This document shows, in pieces, positions 34,750 through 44,680 of a stretch of 64,000 nucleotides of DNA. The stretch is from Bacillota bacterium (GTDB lineage: Bacteria; Bacillota; Clostridia; UBA1381; UMGS1253). Location: NCBI GenBank assembly GCA_022706785.1, contig JAKJBW010000001.1, positions 12,373-76,372 of the forward strand, given 5' to 3'. Made by a program: the position numbers and the translations under genes. Within the stretch, counting starts at the first letter, position 1. Every line of letters begins with the position of its first letter. Below the pieces are notes generated by a model that saw only the letters and a list, made by a program, of their open reading frames with translations, had not been told where the DNA came from and ran no database searches.

Positions 34750-34975
34750 TAAGCGGCAGCCGGTAATCTGATAGGGTTGAGGATTTTATCAATGTCCAAA
34801 AACCAAACGGTTATCGACACTAAGGGGGAAACCCCCGGCGAGGGTTTCCCCACGCCCAAACAGCCCGGCGGGCTGTTTGGACTCCCCTTCCTGCGCTTTG
34901 CAAGCGATTTTAAGACCTTGGGGCTCTGCCCCAGACCCCGCAAGCTTTTGGAAAAGCTTGACCAAAACTTTATTT

Positions 34976-35014
34976 AAAAAGCACCGCAATCGTTTTCCGA
35001 TTGCGGTGCTTTTT
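34976..35014. terminator. Bidirectional terminator between convergent operons
   Basis: AAAAA-GCACCGCAATCG-TTTT-CCGATTGCGGTGC-TTTTT. Confidence 0.85.
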
Positions 35015-35038
35015 CATGCTATACTCTTTAAACCAGCC

Positions 35039-37504
35039 TCATACGCCGTACTTGTTTCTTCTGATCTGCTCGACCTCTGTGAAGTTGCCCGCTGCCACAT
35101 GCCCGGCAAGCGGCATGATCTTTTGATGGATGGCGTCAAGGATCCAGTCCGCCTGCGGGAAGAAATCGGCCTCCAGCTCATACGCCGGCGTGATCCAGTT
35201 TCTTGCGCCCACGCACACGGGCGGCGCGTCTAAGTAGTCAAACGCCAGCTCGGTGATGTTTGATGCCAGCTCCTTGATGTGCGAGCCTCTCTCGCAAGCG
35301 TCGCTTGCCAAAACGACCTTGCCGGTCTTTTTCACCGATTCGATCACCTTATCGTAGTTAAACGGGACGATGGAGCGCGCGTCGATCACCTCGGCGCTGA
35401 TCCCATGCTTCCCTTTTAATATATCCGCCGCCTCCAGCGCCTTGTAGAGCGTTGCGCCTATAGTCAGAATGGTAATATCGCTTCCCTGCCGCTTGATATC
35501 CGGCTCGCCGATGGGGATTTCATAGTAGCCTTCCGGAACGCCCGCTTTGCAGAACTGCTCGCCGATATCGTAAATCCTCTGGCTTTCAAAGAACACCACA
35601 GGGTCTGTGCCGGCAAGCGCGGCGTTCATGAGGCCTTTAGCGTCGTATGGCGTGACGGGGAACACGCACTTTAGCCCAGGAATGTTGGCGATCATGCTGG
35701 TCCAGTCCTGCGAGTGCTGCGCGCCGTACTTAGAGCCGATGGATACCCGCAGCACCACAGGCATCTTCAACACGCCCGCGCTCATAGACTGCCACTTAGC
35801 CAGCTGGTTGAACACCTCGTCGCCCGCCCGGCCGATAAAATCGCAGTACATCAGCTCCACGATCGCGCGGCCGCCGCTCATGGCGTAGCCAACAGCGCTG
35901 CCTACGATTGCCGCCTCGGATATCGGGGCATTGAAAAACCGGTGATACGGCAGAGATTCGGTAAGGCCTCTGTATACCGCGAAGGCTCCGCCCCAGTCCC
36001 TGTTGTCCTCACCGTATGCCACCAGCGAGGAATCCTTGTAAAACTTATCGATAATCGCTTCAAACAGGCCGTCGCGAAGCTGGTATACCTTGTTTTTGGA
36101 AACCGGCTTGCCGTTTTCGTCAAATGCGTATCTGATTTTGCCCGTAAGCTGCTTCACCCTTGGGTTTTCTTCCATAGGAATCAATACAGAAGGCTCATCG
36201 GTGCCCAATTTTTCAACGTTTTGATTGGAGAACATGATATCCTCTATGGCGCCGGGAGTAACGCTTAAATTCATGCGCGGCGAAACGCTGTCGTCTATGG
36301 CAAGTTTGATAGTTTTGGTGATGAGTTCTTTCGCGTATTCGTTCATTTGCTCAAACACACCAGCATCCGCTTTACCCGCCTTGATCAGGTCTTTGCTGTA
36401 CCCAATCAGCACATCCTGCTCCGCCCACGCGGCAAGCTCTTCCTTGGTACGGTAGCTGCCCGAATCGGACGGCGAATGCCCCGTCATACGGTACACAATA
36501 GTATCCAAAAGCACAGGGCCTTTATTGCTCTTGATGATATCCAGCTTTCTCCTCATGGCGTCAATGACCGCCAGAGGGTTGTTGCCGTCTATACGCTCCG
36601 CGTGCATCTGGTCGGGATTCACGCCCGCACCCACGCGCGCAAGGATGTTGTACGCCATGGTTTCGCCGTAGGTCTGGCCGCCCATGCCGTAGAAGTTGTT
36701 GAAGAAATTGAAAATAATGGGCAGGCCGCCGTTGTAGCCTTCCTCCCAAAGCTTGGTGAGCTGGTCCATGGACGCCATGCCCAGCGCTTCCCAAACCGGG
36801 CCGCAGCCCAAGGAAGCGTCGCCGACATTGGAAATGACGATACCGCTTTTTTGGTTTACCTTTTTGTAGAGCGCCGCACCCATGGCAATGGTGGCGCTTC
36901 CGCCGACGATAGCGTTGTTGGGGTATATGCCGAAATCGGTGAAAAACGCGTGCATGGAGCCGCCAAGGCCTTTGTTAAAGCCTGTTTCACGCGCAAAAAT
37001 CTCTGCCAGCGCGCCATAGATCAGGAAATCAATTGCCGTTTCCTTGATGTTTTTCTGATTGCCCTCAACAATTTTGAGTATCCGTCCGCCCATGAAGTTT
37101 TTCATAATAGCGTACAATTCATCGTCGGGCGTTTTATGTATGCATGAAAGCCCTTTGGCGATAATCTCGCCGTGGCTTCTGTGGGAACCGAAGATATAAT
37201 CGTCCTTTTGGAGCAAATATGCCTGACCCACGGCCGAAGCCTCCTGCCCGAGCGAAAGATGGGCAGGACCGGGATTGTTGTAAGCGATACCGTTGTACTC
37301 ACCGGTGGTCTTGATGAGCAGCAGCATATTTTCAAACTCACGTATAATCGCCATATCCCTGTAAATCCTTAAAAAATCGTCGGCAGAGAAGTTAGCTTCT
37401 TCCTGCTTTATGGACTTGCTGTATTGGTTGACAGGGATATCGGTAAATTTCACATAGCCTTTTTTTCTGACGTCCTTGGGGTCTATCATCTGCGACTTTG
37501 GCAT
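35039..37504 (-). CDS. 2-oxoacid (acetoin/pyruvate-type) dehydrogenase E1 component, alpha and beta fused
   Basis: 821 aa. The N-terminal E1-alpha TPP region (GSHRSHGE..) runs directly into a transketolase-like E1-beta region (PISEAAIVGSAVGYAMSG..). Confidence 0.85.
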   Translation of the reverse strand: MPKSQMIDPKDVRKKGYVKFTDIPVNQYSKSIKQEEANFSADDFLRIYRDMAIIREFENMLLLIKTTGEYNGIAYNNPGPAHLSLGQEASAVGQAYLLQKDDYIFGSHRSHGEIIAKGLSCIHKTPDDELYAIMKNFMGGRILKIVEGNQKNIKETAIDFLIYGALAEIFARETGFNKGLGGSMHAFFTDFGIYPNNAIVGGSATIAMGAALYKKVNQKSGIVISNVGDASLGCGPVWEALGMASMDQLTKLWEEGYNGGLPIIFNFFNNFYGMGGQTYGETMAYNILARVGAGVNPDQMHAERIDGNNPLAVIDAMRRKLDIIKSNKGPVLLDTIVYRMTGHSPSDSGSYRTKEELAAWAEQDVLIGYSKDLIKAGKADAGVFEQMNEYAKELITKTIKLAIDDSVSPRMNLSVTPGAIEDIMFSNQNVEKLGTDEPSVLIPMEENPRVKQLTGKIRYAFDENGKPVSKNKVYQLRDGLFEAIIDKFYKDSSLVAYGEDNRDWGGAFAVYRGLTESLPYHRFFNAPISEAAIVGSAVGYAMSGGRAIVELMYCDFIGRAGDEVFNQLAKWQSMSAGVLKMPVVLRVSIGSKYGAQHSQDWTSMIANIPGLKCVFPVTPYDAKGLMNAALAGTDPVVFFESQRIYDIGEQFCKAGVPEGYYEIPIGEPDIKRQGSDITILTIGATLYKALEAADILKGKHGISAEVIDARSIVPFNYDKVIESVKKTGKVVLASDACERGSHIKELASNITELAFDYLDAPPVCVGARNWITPAYELEADFFPQADWILDAIHQKIMPLAGHVAAGNFTEVEQIRRNKYGV

Positions 37505-37518
37505 AACAAGTTCATCTC

Positions 37519-38865
37519 CTAATCAAATATGGTTTCTCGTATCATTTCACACACCGTGGGGTGCGGGAATACCAATTCCTTGATATCGTCTACGCGCATT
37601 TGCGTTTCTATCATGAGCGCCGCACCGTATATGATCTCGGAGGCGTAGCTGCCGATCATATGCACGCCCAAAACGGTGCGCCGCTTTTTGTCCAGAATAA
37701 TTTTGCAGATGCCGTCGCCGCTCATGTTCTCTGCGACGTATCTGCCGCTGTACATCATGGATTTTGTCAGCACTTCTATGTCCAGCCCTTTTTCCCTGGC
37801 GCTCTGCTCGGTTTCACCCACCGCGCCCACCTCGGGGTTGGTATAGACCACTGCGGGGATGGCGTTGTAGCGCATGATGTCCTTTTTGCCGAGTATGTTG
37901 TTGACGGCGACTTCCGCTTCCCGGTAGGCTGTGTGGGCCAGCATGGATTTGCCGTTTACGTCGCCCGCCGCATACATACCGGCCACATTGGTCTGCCCTG
38001 CGGCGTCCGTCACGATCGCGCCCCTTTCGCAGTACACGCCAATGCTTTCAAGGCCGATACCCTGTGTGACAGGCCGCCTGCCGATGGATAAAAGCACCTT
38101 GTCAGCATGGACAGAGTAGGTCTTGCCCTCATGCTCATACACCACGGTATCGTTTTTGACCGCCAGTACCTTGGAATTCAGCTTAAAATCAACGCCCTTT
38201 GCCTGATAGTTCTTTAAGAGGATATCGGATATCTCCCTGTCCGTCGCGCCCGCGATATTTGGCAGCATTTCAATAACCGTCACACGGCTGCCTGCGGAAT
38301 TGAAATAGGACGCCATCTCAAGGCCGATCACGCCGCCGCCTATGACGACAAGCTCATTTGGGATTTGCGTGATATCTAAAATCTCCCTGTTTGTCAGCAC
38401 CGTACCCGCTTCCATGGCTTCCTTAAGGCCCGGTATGCCCGGAACGACCGCCTCGGAGCCCGTGCAGACGAGCAAATTCTTGCCCTCATACACCGTATCC
38501 CCAACGGCTACCTTGTTTTTGCCCACAATTTTGCCCTCGCCCGAAACAACCGTGACCTTATTGGCCTTCATCAGCGCCGCGATGCCCGAAACAAGCGTTT
38601 TTACAACCTTGTTTTTGCGCGCCACAACCGCACTGTGGTCGATAGACGCGCCGGTGACGCTAACGCCATACTGCTCGCTGTGTTTGGCGTAGTCAAACAC
38701 CTTGGCACTGTTTAAAAATGCTTTGGACGGGATACAGCCTTCATTTAAGCACACGCCACCAAGGGCTCTTTTTTCTATTAGCAGAACCTTTAACCCTGCG
38801 TGGCCTGCCCGCTCGGCGGCCAGGTACCCGGCAGGGCCGCCGCCCAACACAATCAGATCATACAT
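37519..38865 (-). CDS. lpdA: Dihydrolipoyl dehydrogenase (E3)
   Basis: MYDLIVLGGGPAGY and the redox disulfide GGVCLNEGCIPSK. Start set at M17 of the listed ORF, which has an SD. Confidence 0.9.
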   Translation of the reverse strand: MYDLIVLGGGPAGYLAAERAGHAGLKVLLIEKRALGGVCLNEGCIPSKAFLNSAKVFDYAKHSEQYGVSVTGASIDHSAVVARKNKVVKTLVSGIAALMKANKVTVVSGEGKIVGKNKVAVGDTVYEGKNLLVCTGSEAVVPGIPGLKEAMEAGTVLTNREILDITQIPNELVVIGGGVIGLEMASYFNSAGSRVTVIEMLPNIAGATDREISDILLKNYQAKGVDFKLNSKVLAVKNDTVVYEHEGKTYSVHADKVLLSIGRRPVTQGIGLESIGVYCERGAIVTDAAGQTNVAGMYAAGDVNGKSMLAHTAYREAEVAVNNILGKKDIMRYNAIPAVVYTNPEVGAVGETEQSAREKGLDIEVLTKSMMYSGRYVAENMSGDGICKIILDKKRRTVLGVHMIGSYASEIIYGAALMIETQMRVDDIKELVFPHPTVCEMIRETIFD

Positions 38866-38878
38866 CCGGATTCCCCCC

Positions 38879-40207
38879 TTAACGAAGCGCCAGCATGAAG
38901 CTGAAGCTTTCAAGAATTTTCACGACTTCCTGCAAAAATCTTGCCGCAGGCGCGCCGTCTATGGCTCTGTGGTCAAATGTGAGCGACAGGCCAATGGCGG
39001 GGTACGCCTTGCCGTTTTTGGTCCGCTCGGTCATAGCGCATACGCCTAAAATGCCGGTCTGTGGGGGATTGATCACAGGCGTAAATGATTCTACGCCGAG
39101 CGTGCCCAAATTGGTGACCGTAAATGTGCCGCCGGTCAGCAGATCGGGGCTGATGCTGCCCTCCTTGCAGGCGGTGGTGAGCTTTTTGGACTGAGCGGCG
39201 ATTTCGGCAAGCGAAAGCTTATCCGCGGCAAACAGCGTGGGCACCATAAGCCCTCTGTCGGTGTCGCAGGCGATTCCGATGTTTGCCGAGCCAAACAGCA
39301 GCATCCTATCGCCCATATAGTGCGCGTTGATTTCCCTGTGCCTGACCAGCGCTCTTGAAACCGCGTATAGAATGATATCGTTTATAGTGATATTGGGTAG
39401 CGCCAGCGTTTCGGCATTTTCCTTGAGCTTTTTTCGAAACGCCAGGATGTCTGTCGCGTCAAACGATGCATTCAGCGTAAGCTGGGCGCTCTGCGACAGC
39501 GACGCGTGCATGGACTTTGCGATAATTTTTCTGATGTTGGACAGCGCGACCTCTTCAAATTCCGCCACAGGCTTTTGCTGACCCGCGCCGGCCGGTACGG
39601 CCGAAAGGTCATAGGTGGTCACCCTGCCGCCGATGCCTGTGCCGGAAACCACATTGCCGGAAGCGTAATACGCATCTTTTGACGCATAGGTCGCTACTTT
39701 GCCCTGCACAATTACTTTTTCAATGTCGCGCGCCATGATCCTGCCGTTTGCGCCTGTGGGCTCGGCGTACCGGATATCCGCGCCGCTCTTTTCGGCAAGT
39801 CCGCGCGCGCGCGGCGAGATTTTGACAAACCCGTCGTTGCTTGCAGCCGCGCTTTCGGCCTTCTGCTCAGGCTGCGTAGCAGGCGTAGCACTAACACTTT
39901 CCTTTGTCGCTTCCGGGCTTGACTGCCCGGGCGCAGCGATGCCCGGAGCGAATTCGCTCACATCCTCGCCCTCGTTTCCTATCACACAGACATTGACAAG
40001 GCAGTCCGCCTCGTCGCCCTCTTCGAAAAATATGGCAAGCATTTTGCCGTCCGCTTTGGCTTCCTCGTCGAAGGATGCCTTATCGGTTTCATAGGAGAAC
40101 AAAAGCTCCCCTTCCTTGACGTCGTCCCCTACTTTTTTATGCCACTTTGTAATAATACAGCTTTCCACCGACTGCCCCTGCTTGGGCATGATCACCGGCG
40201 TTGCCAT
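38879..40207 (-). CDS. Dihydrolipoamide acyltransferase (E2)
   Basis: Lipoyl domain ETDKA and catalytic DHRAIDG. Confidence 0.9.
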   Translation of the reverse strand: MATPVIMPKQGQSVESCIITKWHKKVGDDVKEGELLFSYETDKASFDEEAKADGKMLAIFFEEGDEADCLVNVCVIGNEGEDVSEFAPGIAAPGQSSPEATKESVSATPATQPEQKAESAAASNDGFVKISPRARGLAEKSGADIRYAEPTGANGRIMARDIEKVIVQGKVATYASKDAYYASGNVVSGTGIGGRVTTYDLSAVPAGAGQQKPVAEFEEVALSNIRKIIAKSMHASLSQSAQLTLNASFDATDILAFRKKLKENAETLALPNITINDIILYAVSRALVRHREINAHYMGDRMLLFGSANIGIACDTDRGLMVPTLFAADKLSLAEIAAQSKKLTTACKEGSISPDLLTGGTFTVTNLGTLGVESFTPVINPPQTGILGVCAMTERTKNGKAYPAIGLSLTFDHRAIDGAPAARFLQEVVKILESFSFMLALR

Positions 40208-40273
40208 GCAAATCACCTTCCCGACTTATGATTTTTATGCTTTCTGTTTAAATATGGTGCCGTATGATTTATA

Positions 40274-41536
40274 TCAGAGAACGCCTTTTGCCGTGAGGAG
40301 GTATTTTTCAGCCTCCGCCGACCACAAGCCCTTGTACCTTGCGGTGATCTGTGCCAAATTGGCAAACAATTCGTCCGTTTCGCCAAGCGTTTCAAAATCG
40401 GCGATGGGCGTGAGCGGCATGTCGATATTGGTATAGATCAGCTTTTTGCCGCCCGGAATCTTTGGCAGGTTCAAGGTTGTTTCAATGACACAGTCAAGGC
40501 CGCCGATATGCGTAATCATGGCGGCAGGATTGATCCTGCCCTGCGCCATCATCTCCAGGCATTCTGTCAGATCGTCGGTGTTGCCGCCGCTTGTCCCCAC
40601 AATATGGGTGGAGGCATAGTGGACGTTGTAAAAGTTCATCACAGCCGAAAACTGCGGGTCTGTGGGACCGGCAAAAAAGTTGAGGCAGCCGTCCCTGCCC
40701 AGCAGGCTGTCGCCCAGCTCAACAACAGGACGCACAGGCGCAAACACAAACACGTCGTCATAGCCTTTGCCGCCTGTCAGCCCTATGAGGTATTCTTTTG
40801 CGTTTTCTGCCTTCGCTGTGTTGATGTAGACAAGCTTTACGCCGTTTTTGGCCGCTTCCTGGGGGGTGAAGAGCTCCTCGCATCTTTTAAGCCTTGCCTC
40901 GTCTATATCGGTGACCACCAAAAGGGCGGGCCTTCTGTCGCAGTGGATGGCATAGTCGATAGCGCCCATGCCCATAGGCCCGGCCGCCGCCAGCATAATC
41001 ATGCTGCCGCCTTCCACGATACCCATCTTATGCGCGTAGCTTCCCGCTTCGGTATGGTAGCTGGCATGAAACGCGCCCGCGATACAGCTCATGGGCTCGC
41101 CAAGAGAACCATGGAAATACGCTTCTCCATTGTAGGCAAGCAAACACCCAAGCTCGGGCACCTCATTGGGAATAATAATATAGGTAGCGTCGCCGCCTAT
41201 GTATGGGTAAGAGTAGCCCGGTGCGTCCAGCGTGCCGTTGTAGTTGAGCGCGGGCTGGATGGAGAACTTATCTCCCGCCTTGAATTTGCCTGCCCACTTC
41301 GCCCCCACTTCTACAAGCTCGCCGCACAGCTCATGACCGATCATAACAGGCTTTTCGGCGATATCGGCAGGAACGCGTTTGTGCTCGCTGCCCTGCTCAG
41401 CTTCCTTGAAGCTTGACATGCAAAGGCTGTCGGTGATCACCCTTGCCAGAATTTCATTCTCTTTTATAGGCGGAAGCTCAAATTCCTCCAGCCTCAGATC
41501 CTCTTTTCCATAAAGACGCACTGCTTTTGTTTTCAT
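40274..41536 (-). CDS. Medium-chain (zinc-type) alcohol/polyol dehydrogenase family protein
   Basis: ~420 aa. GroES-like N-terminus (VITDSLCMSSFKE, GHELCGE) and a Rossmann region (LAAAGPMGMGAIDYA). Confidence 0.7.
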   Translation of the reverse strand: MKTKAVRLYGKEDLRLEEFELPPIKENEILARVITDSLCMSSFKEAEQGSEHKRVPADIAEKPVMIGHELCGELVEVGAKWAGKFKAGDKFSIQPALNYNGTLDAPGYSYPYIGGDATYIIIPNEVPELGCLLAYNGEAYFHGSLGEPMSCIAGAFHASYHTEAGSYAHKMGIVEGGSMIMLAAAGPMGMGAIDYAIHCDRRPALLVVTDIDEARLKRCEELFTPQEAAKNGVKLVYINTAKAENAKEYLIGLTGGKGYDDVFVFAPVRPVVELGDSLLGRDGCLNFFAGPTDPQFSAVMNFYNVHYASTHIVGTSGGNTDDLTECLEMMAQGRINPAAMITHIGGLDCVIETTLNLPKIPGGKKLIYTNIDMPLTPIADFETLGETDELFANLAQITARYKGLWSAEAEKYLLTAKGVL

Positions 41537-41556
41537 CACACAGCTTTCCTTTCCCC

Positions 41557-42309
41557 TTATTTTTTATATTTGTTCGCTGTTAAGCTTTTTTCAGCCTCAG
41601 AAGGGAGCCCGTCGTCGCTGATAACCATATCCACGTCATTTAGCCTAGCGAACGTAAACGGCAGGCTTTTGCCGTATTTGCTGCTGTCCATCAGCACAAT
41701 GACCTTGCCCGCCTTTGCGATAACCTTTTTTTTGATTTCGCCTTCCGCATAGTTGCCGCAGGTAAAGCCGTTTTTATGCGAAAAACCCGAGGCGGCCATA
41801 AACGCGATATCAATATTGATGTTATCTAAAAAGTCGAGCGCCGTGATGCCCGACAAAGACAGGTTATCCCGGTTTAAATTGCCGCCAATAAGGTTGATGG
41901 TGGCATTTGGGTTTTTGACACATTCAAGCGCGATATTGGGCGCGCTTGTGGTGATAAACAGCTTCTGAGCCTCCAAAAGCTGTGCCAGACACATCACCGT
42001 TGTGCCGGAATCCAGAAAAACCGACCGCGACTCTTCCATATACCCAAGCGCTTTTTTGGCGATGATATATTTCTCGGCGGTGTTTTCAAGTGAACGCTTG
42101 GCATACATCTCCTCTTTGATCCTTGAAAGGTGACGTATGCTTTTGGCGCCGCCCTTGGTTCGCACAGCCTCGCCCGCGTCCTCCAGCTTTTTAAGGTCCC
42201 GGCGCAGCGTCATGGACGACAGTCCGGGAAAAAGCTGCTGGAGCTCGGCAAGCTTTATCTCGCCTTTTTCGTGTATGTATTGTTTGATCCGGGAAAGCCT
42301 TTCGTCCAT
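41557..42309 (-). CDS. DeoR/GlpR family transcriptional regulator
   Basis: The N-terminal HTH LAELQQLFPGLSSMTLRRDLKKLE is followed by a sugar-binding-type C-terminal domain. Start set at MDERL. Confidence 0.85.
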   Translation of the reverse strand: MDERLSRIKQYIHEKGEIKLAELQQLFPGLSSMTLRRDLKKLEDAGEAVRTKGGAKSIRHLSRIKEEMYAKRSLENTAEKYIIAKKALGYMEESRSVFLDSGTTVMCLAQLLEAQKLFITTSAPNIALECVKNPNATINLIGGNLNRDNLSLSGITALDFLDNINIDIAFMAASGFSHKNGFTCGNYAEGEIKKKVIAKAGKVIVLMDSSKYGKSLPFTFARLNDVDMVISDDGLPSEAEKSLTANKYKK

Positions 42310-42743
42310 ATTTTCACCGCCAATGTTATAAATTAACATTAAAAGTATAATTATTAACATCTGTATCATACAACATTATAATAGCGATGTCAATAATGGC
42401 TGCGAATTTGTTTTGAAAAAATAAATGATTCACGCCGCAAGCGGCGGGCATTTGGGAATTATAGCAAGACCATCTAATTAAAACTAGACATCAATTTCCC
42501 GCTTTGCCGGTATAATAAAAATAAAGAAAAAAAATGTCTGCCACCGGTAAAACAGGCGAAAATCATGGCGTAAAAAAGCGGGCCGCGCCGGGTGCCGGCC
42601 GTCGATCGCCGCGCTTGCGCGGCCAGTCTACTTTCGGTTTGCGGCGTTTGCCCGGTAACCTATTTTGATGCAATGTCCTATGTTACAAAAAAAACCGCCC
42701 CCGGCAAAACCAGGGGCGAAGCTGCATGCCGACAAAAGCCGGC

Positions 42744-42820
42744 TGGCGATCCGAAAGGGGCTCGAACCCTCGACCTCCAGCGTGACAGGCTGGCGTTCTA
42801 ACCAACTGAACTACCGGACC
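42744..42820 (-). tRNA. tRNA-Asp(GTC)
   Basis: GGTCCGG-TA-GTTC-AGTTGGTTA-GAAC-G-CCAGC-CTGTCAC-GCTGG-AGGTC-GAGGG-TTCGAGC-CCCTT-TCGGATC-G-CCA. A hairpin with T-run lies downstream at about 42690-42722. Confidence 0.85.
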
Positions 42821-42971
42821 GCATAGTCACACTTGATTATTATACATACAGATATGTGTTCTGTCAAGACCGGACGCGCAAAATAATGCCGCGCAAAACA
42901 GCGCTTGACCAATATTCCATTTTATGGTAAATTATAAAACACAACAAATTACAGGATTTAGGAGGCAGATA

Positions 42972-43739
42972 ATGAGCCGCGCACTGATCAAAGCAATGTC
43001 GGTATTTTTAACAGCATTATGGATACTATGTGTGGCTGGGACAGCGCCGGCATATGCAAGCGAAAACCCTGCCGCCGGACTCCCGCAGCCTTTGCGGCCC
43101 GACTACGCCCTGCACACTGTCCCCACACCGCCTCCCATGAGTCCCCTGCCCGCCGAAGAGGTTAAGCCCGCTTCCCAGCCGCAGCAAGCGCCGGCGAGCG
43201 CCGATCCTTCAGCCGCCCGCGCAGACGCGGGGACGGCGCCCAAGCCGGATGTGCCTTGCGAGCCGTCATTTACAGAGGTGGTGATCGCCCGTGTGCACAC
43301 CGCTTTTAGCACATACGCATCCCAGGCAAACCGCAATAACAACATCAGCCTTGCCGCTCGCGCGCTGGACTATCAGGTCATTGACGACGGCGCCGAATTT
43401 TCCTTCAATAACCTTGTAGGCCCCAGAACCGTACAAAGGGGCTATAAAGAGGCGCCCATCTTTGTGGGCGACGAGCGCCAGCTTGGCCTTGGCGGCGGCA
43501 TATGCCAGGTTTCATCAACCGTCTACATGGCCGCAAAGCAGTGCGGTATGCAAATTACTGAACGCCACCCGCATACCCTTCGTGTGCCGTATTGCACGCG
43601 GGAGGATGAGGCAACGGTGTCATGGGGCGTGCTGGATTTTAAGTTCCGCAACAATTGCGGCGATCCAATCCGGCTGGAGGTGTCGGCGCTGGACGGCGCT
43701 GTAACCGTAGCCTTCTGGCAGAGAGTGCCCATTTATTAG
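42972..43739 (+). CDS. VanW-domain protein, secreted
   Basis: Signal-like N-terminus, a Pro/Ala-rich linker, and a VanW-type core (GGGICQVSSTVY..ERHPH). Confidence 0.75.
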   Translation: MSRALIKAMSVFLTALWILCVAGTAPAYASENPAAGLPQPLRPDYALHTVPTPPPMSPLPAEEVKPASQPQQAPASADPSAARADAGTAPKPDVPCEPSFTEVVIARVHTAFSTYASQANRNNNISLAARALDYQVIDDGAEFSFNNLVGPRTVQRGYKEAPIFVGDERQLGLGGGICQVSSTVYMAAKQCGMQITERHPHTLRVPYCTREDEATVSWGVLDFKFRNNCGDPIRLEVSALDGAVTVAFWQRVPIY

Positions 43740-43938
43740 ACCTGTCCGCCGAAGTTTAACACAACCTCTGCCCGTCGGACAGGCATTTTAAATTTTTTAA
43801 AAACCGAAGCAATACCGGTTTTGGCAAATACCAGACCAGCTTTTGCATATTTGCCGGATTTAGCGGAGAAACTATTGACTACGCACCGCCGCGCCAGTAG
43901 GCGCTCAAGTAAATCCACAACGAAAGCAGGGAATAGCT

Positions 43939-44523
43939 ATGCTTTTAGCCGCACTGCTGGCAGTCAACCGTCAGGACTCAATTGAGGGTCTGATCAGGCA
44001 GCTCTTTGCGAAAAGCGACAGGAAGATATCCATTATTAGCGATGCCGCAAAAGTAAAAAATTTAAAAGAGCACCTTAAGGCTCTCGGCGAGAGCGGAACA
44101 GATATTGCTTTCATAAGACTCTCGCCTGCTCACATGAATAATAACCTTTATTCGGGGATTTTCTTTGACGCCGTTTTGTACGACAACATGGCGGGCGAGC
44201 TACTGTCCACCAAGCCACTCTCAAAACACCTTCACCCCAAAACGGTGATTGTATCCAACGGCGACGATGCGCAGATACCCGATTTCGTTTTCGGCATCAA
44301 GGCGTGCGTTATCACCTACGGCCTGGGACAAAAATGCTCCGTCACGCCATCCTGTATTGACGCAGACGCCAACCTTCGCTTCAATGCGTGCATCCAGCGC
44401 GGCATCCAGGCCCTTGACGGAAAAGAGCTGGAGGCCGGGGAAACGGCGATGTCGGTCGCCGGAAGCAGCCATAATATCTATGACGCGCTGGCAGCCGCCG
44501 TATTACTTCTGATCCTGACCTAA
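43939..44523 (+). CDS. Hypothetical protein resembling only the middle region of Mur ligases
   Basis: VIVSNGDD..VITYGLG..GSSHNIYDALAAA recalls the Mur-ligase central domain. No P-loop and no C-terminal domain. Confidence 0.35.
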   Translation: MLLAALLAVNRQDSIEGLIRQLFAKSDRKISIISDAAKVKNLKEHLKALGESGTDIAFIRLSPAHMNNNLYSGIFFDAVLYDNMAGELLSTKPLSKHLHPKTVIVSNGDDAQIPDFVFGIKACVITYGLGQKCSVTPSCIDADANLRFNACIQRGIQALDGKELEAGETAMSVAGSSHNIYDALAAAVLLLILT

Positions 44524-44680
44524 GCTTTCGGCGTTTCCGGCTTTGGAAAACCCACCCTGCGTACAAGCCTTTGCTTTTGCCTGCCGGAGCATATTTCACC
44601 CTTCCTATGAATAAACATTAGTGTACTGGCAGACCCGCAAGGGTTGCCATCAGCATCGGAAAGGAAGGGGAAAATACGGC

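Noticed and set aside
34746-34989. Three overlapping ~65-aa ORFs on both strands
   Set aside because: They lie entirely in a hairpin-dense spacer, overlap each other in different frames, and consist of Gly/Pro/Lys-rich junk typical of GC-rich palindromes.
40508-41416. 302-aa plus-strand ORF
   Set aside because: It is antisense to the Zn-ADH-like gene. Similar long shadow ORFs at 36347-37147, 35714-36268, 33637-34346, 29708-30238, 37561-38091, 49230-49909 and 62978-63778 were rejected for the same reason. In each case the opposite strand carries a protein with clear family motifs.
42592-42801. 69-aa plus-strand ORF
   Set aside because: It overlaps tRNA-Asp and its terminator on the opposite strand, and no SD is present.
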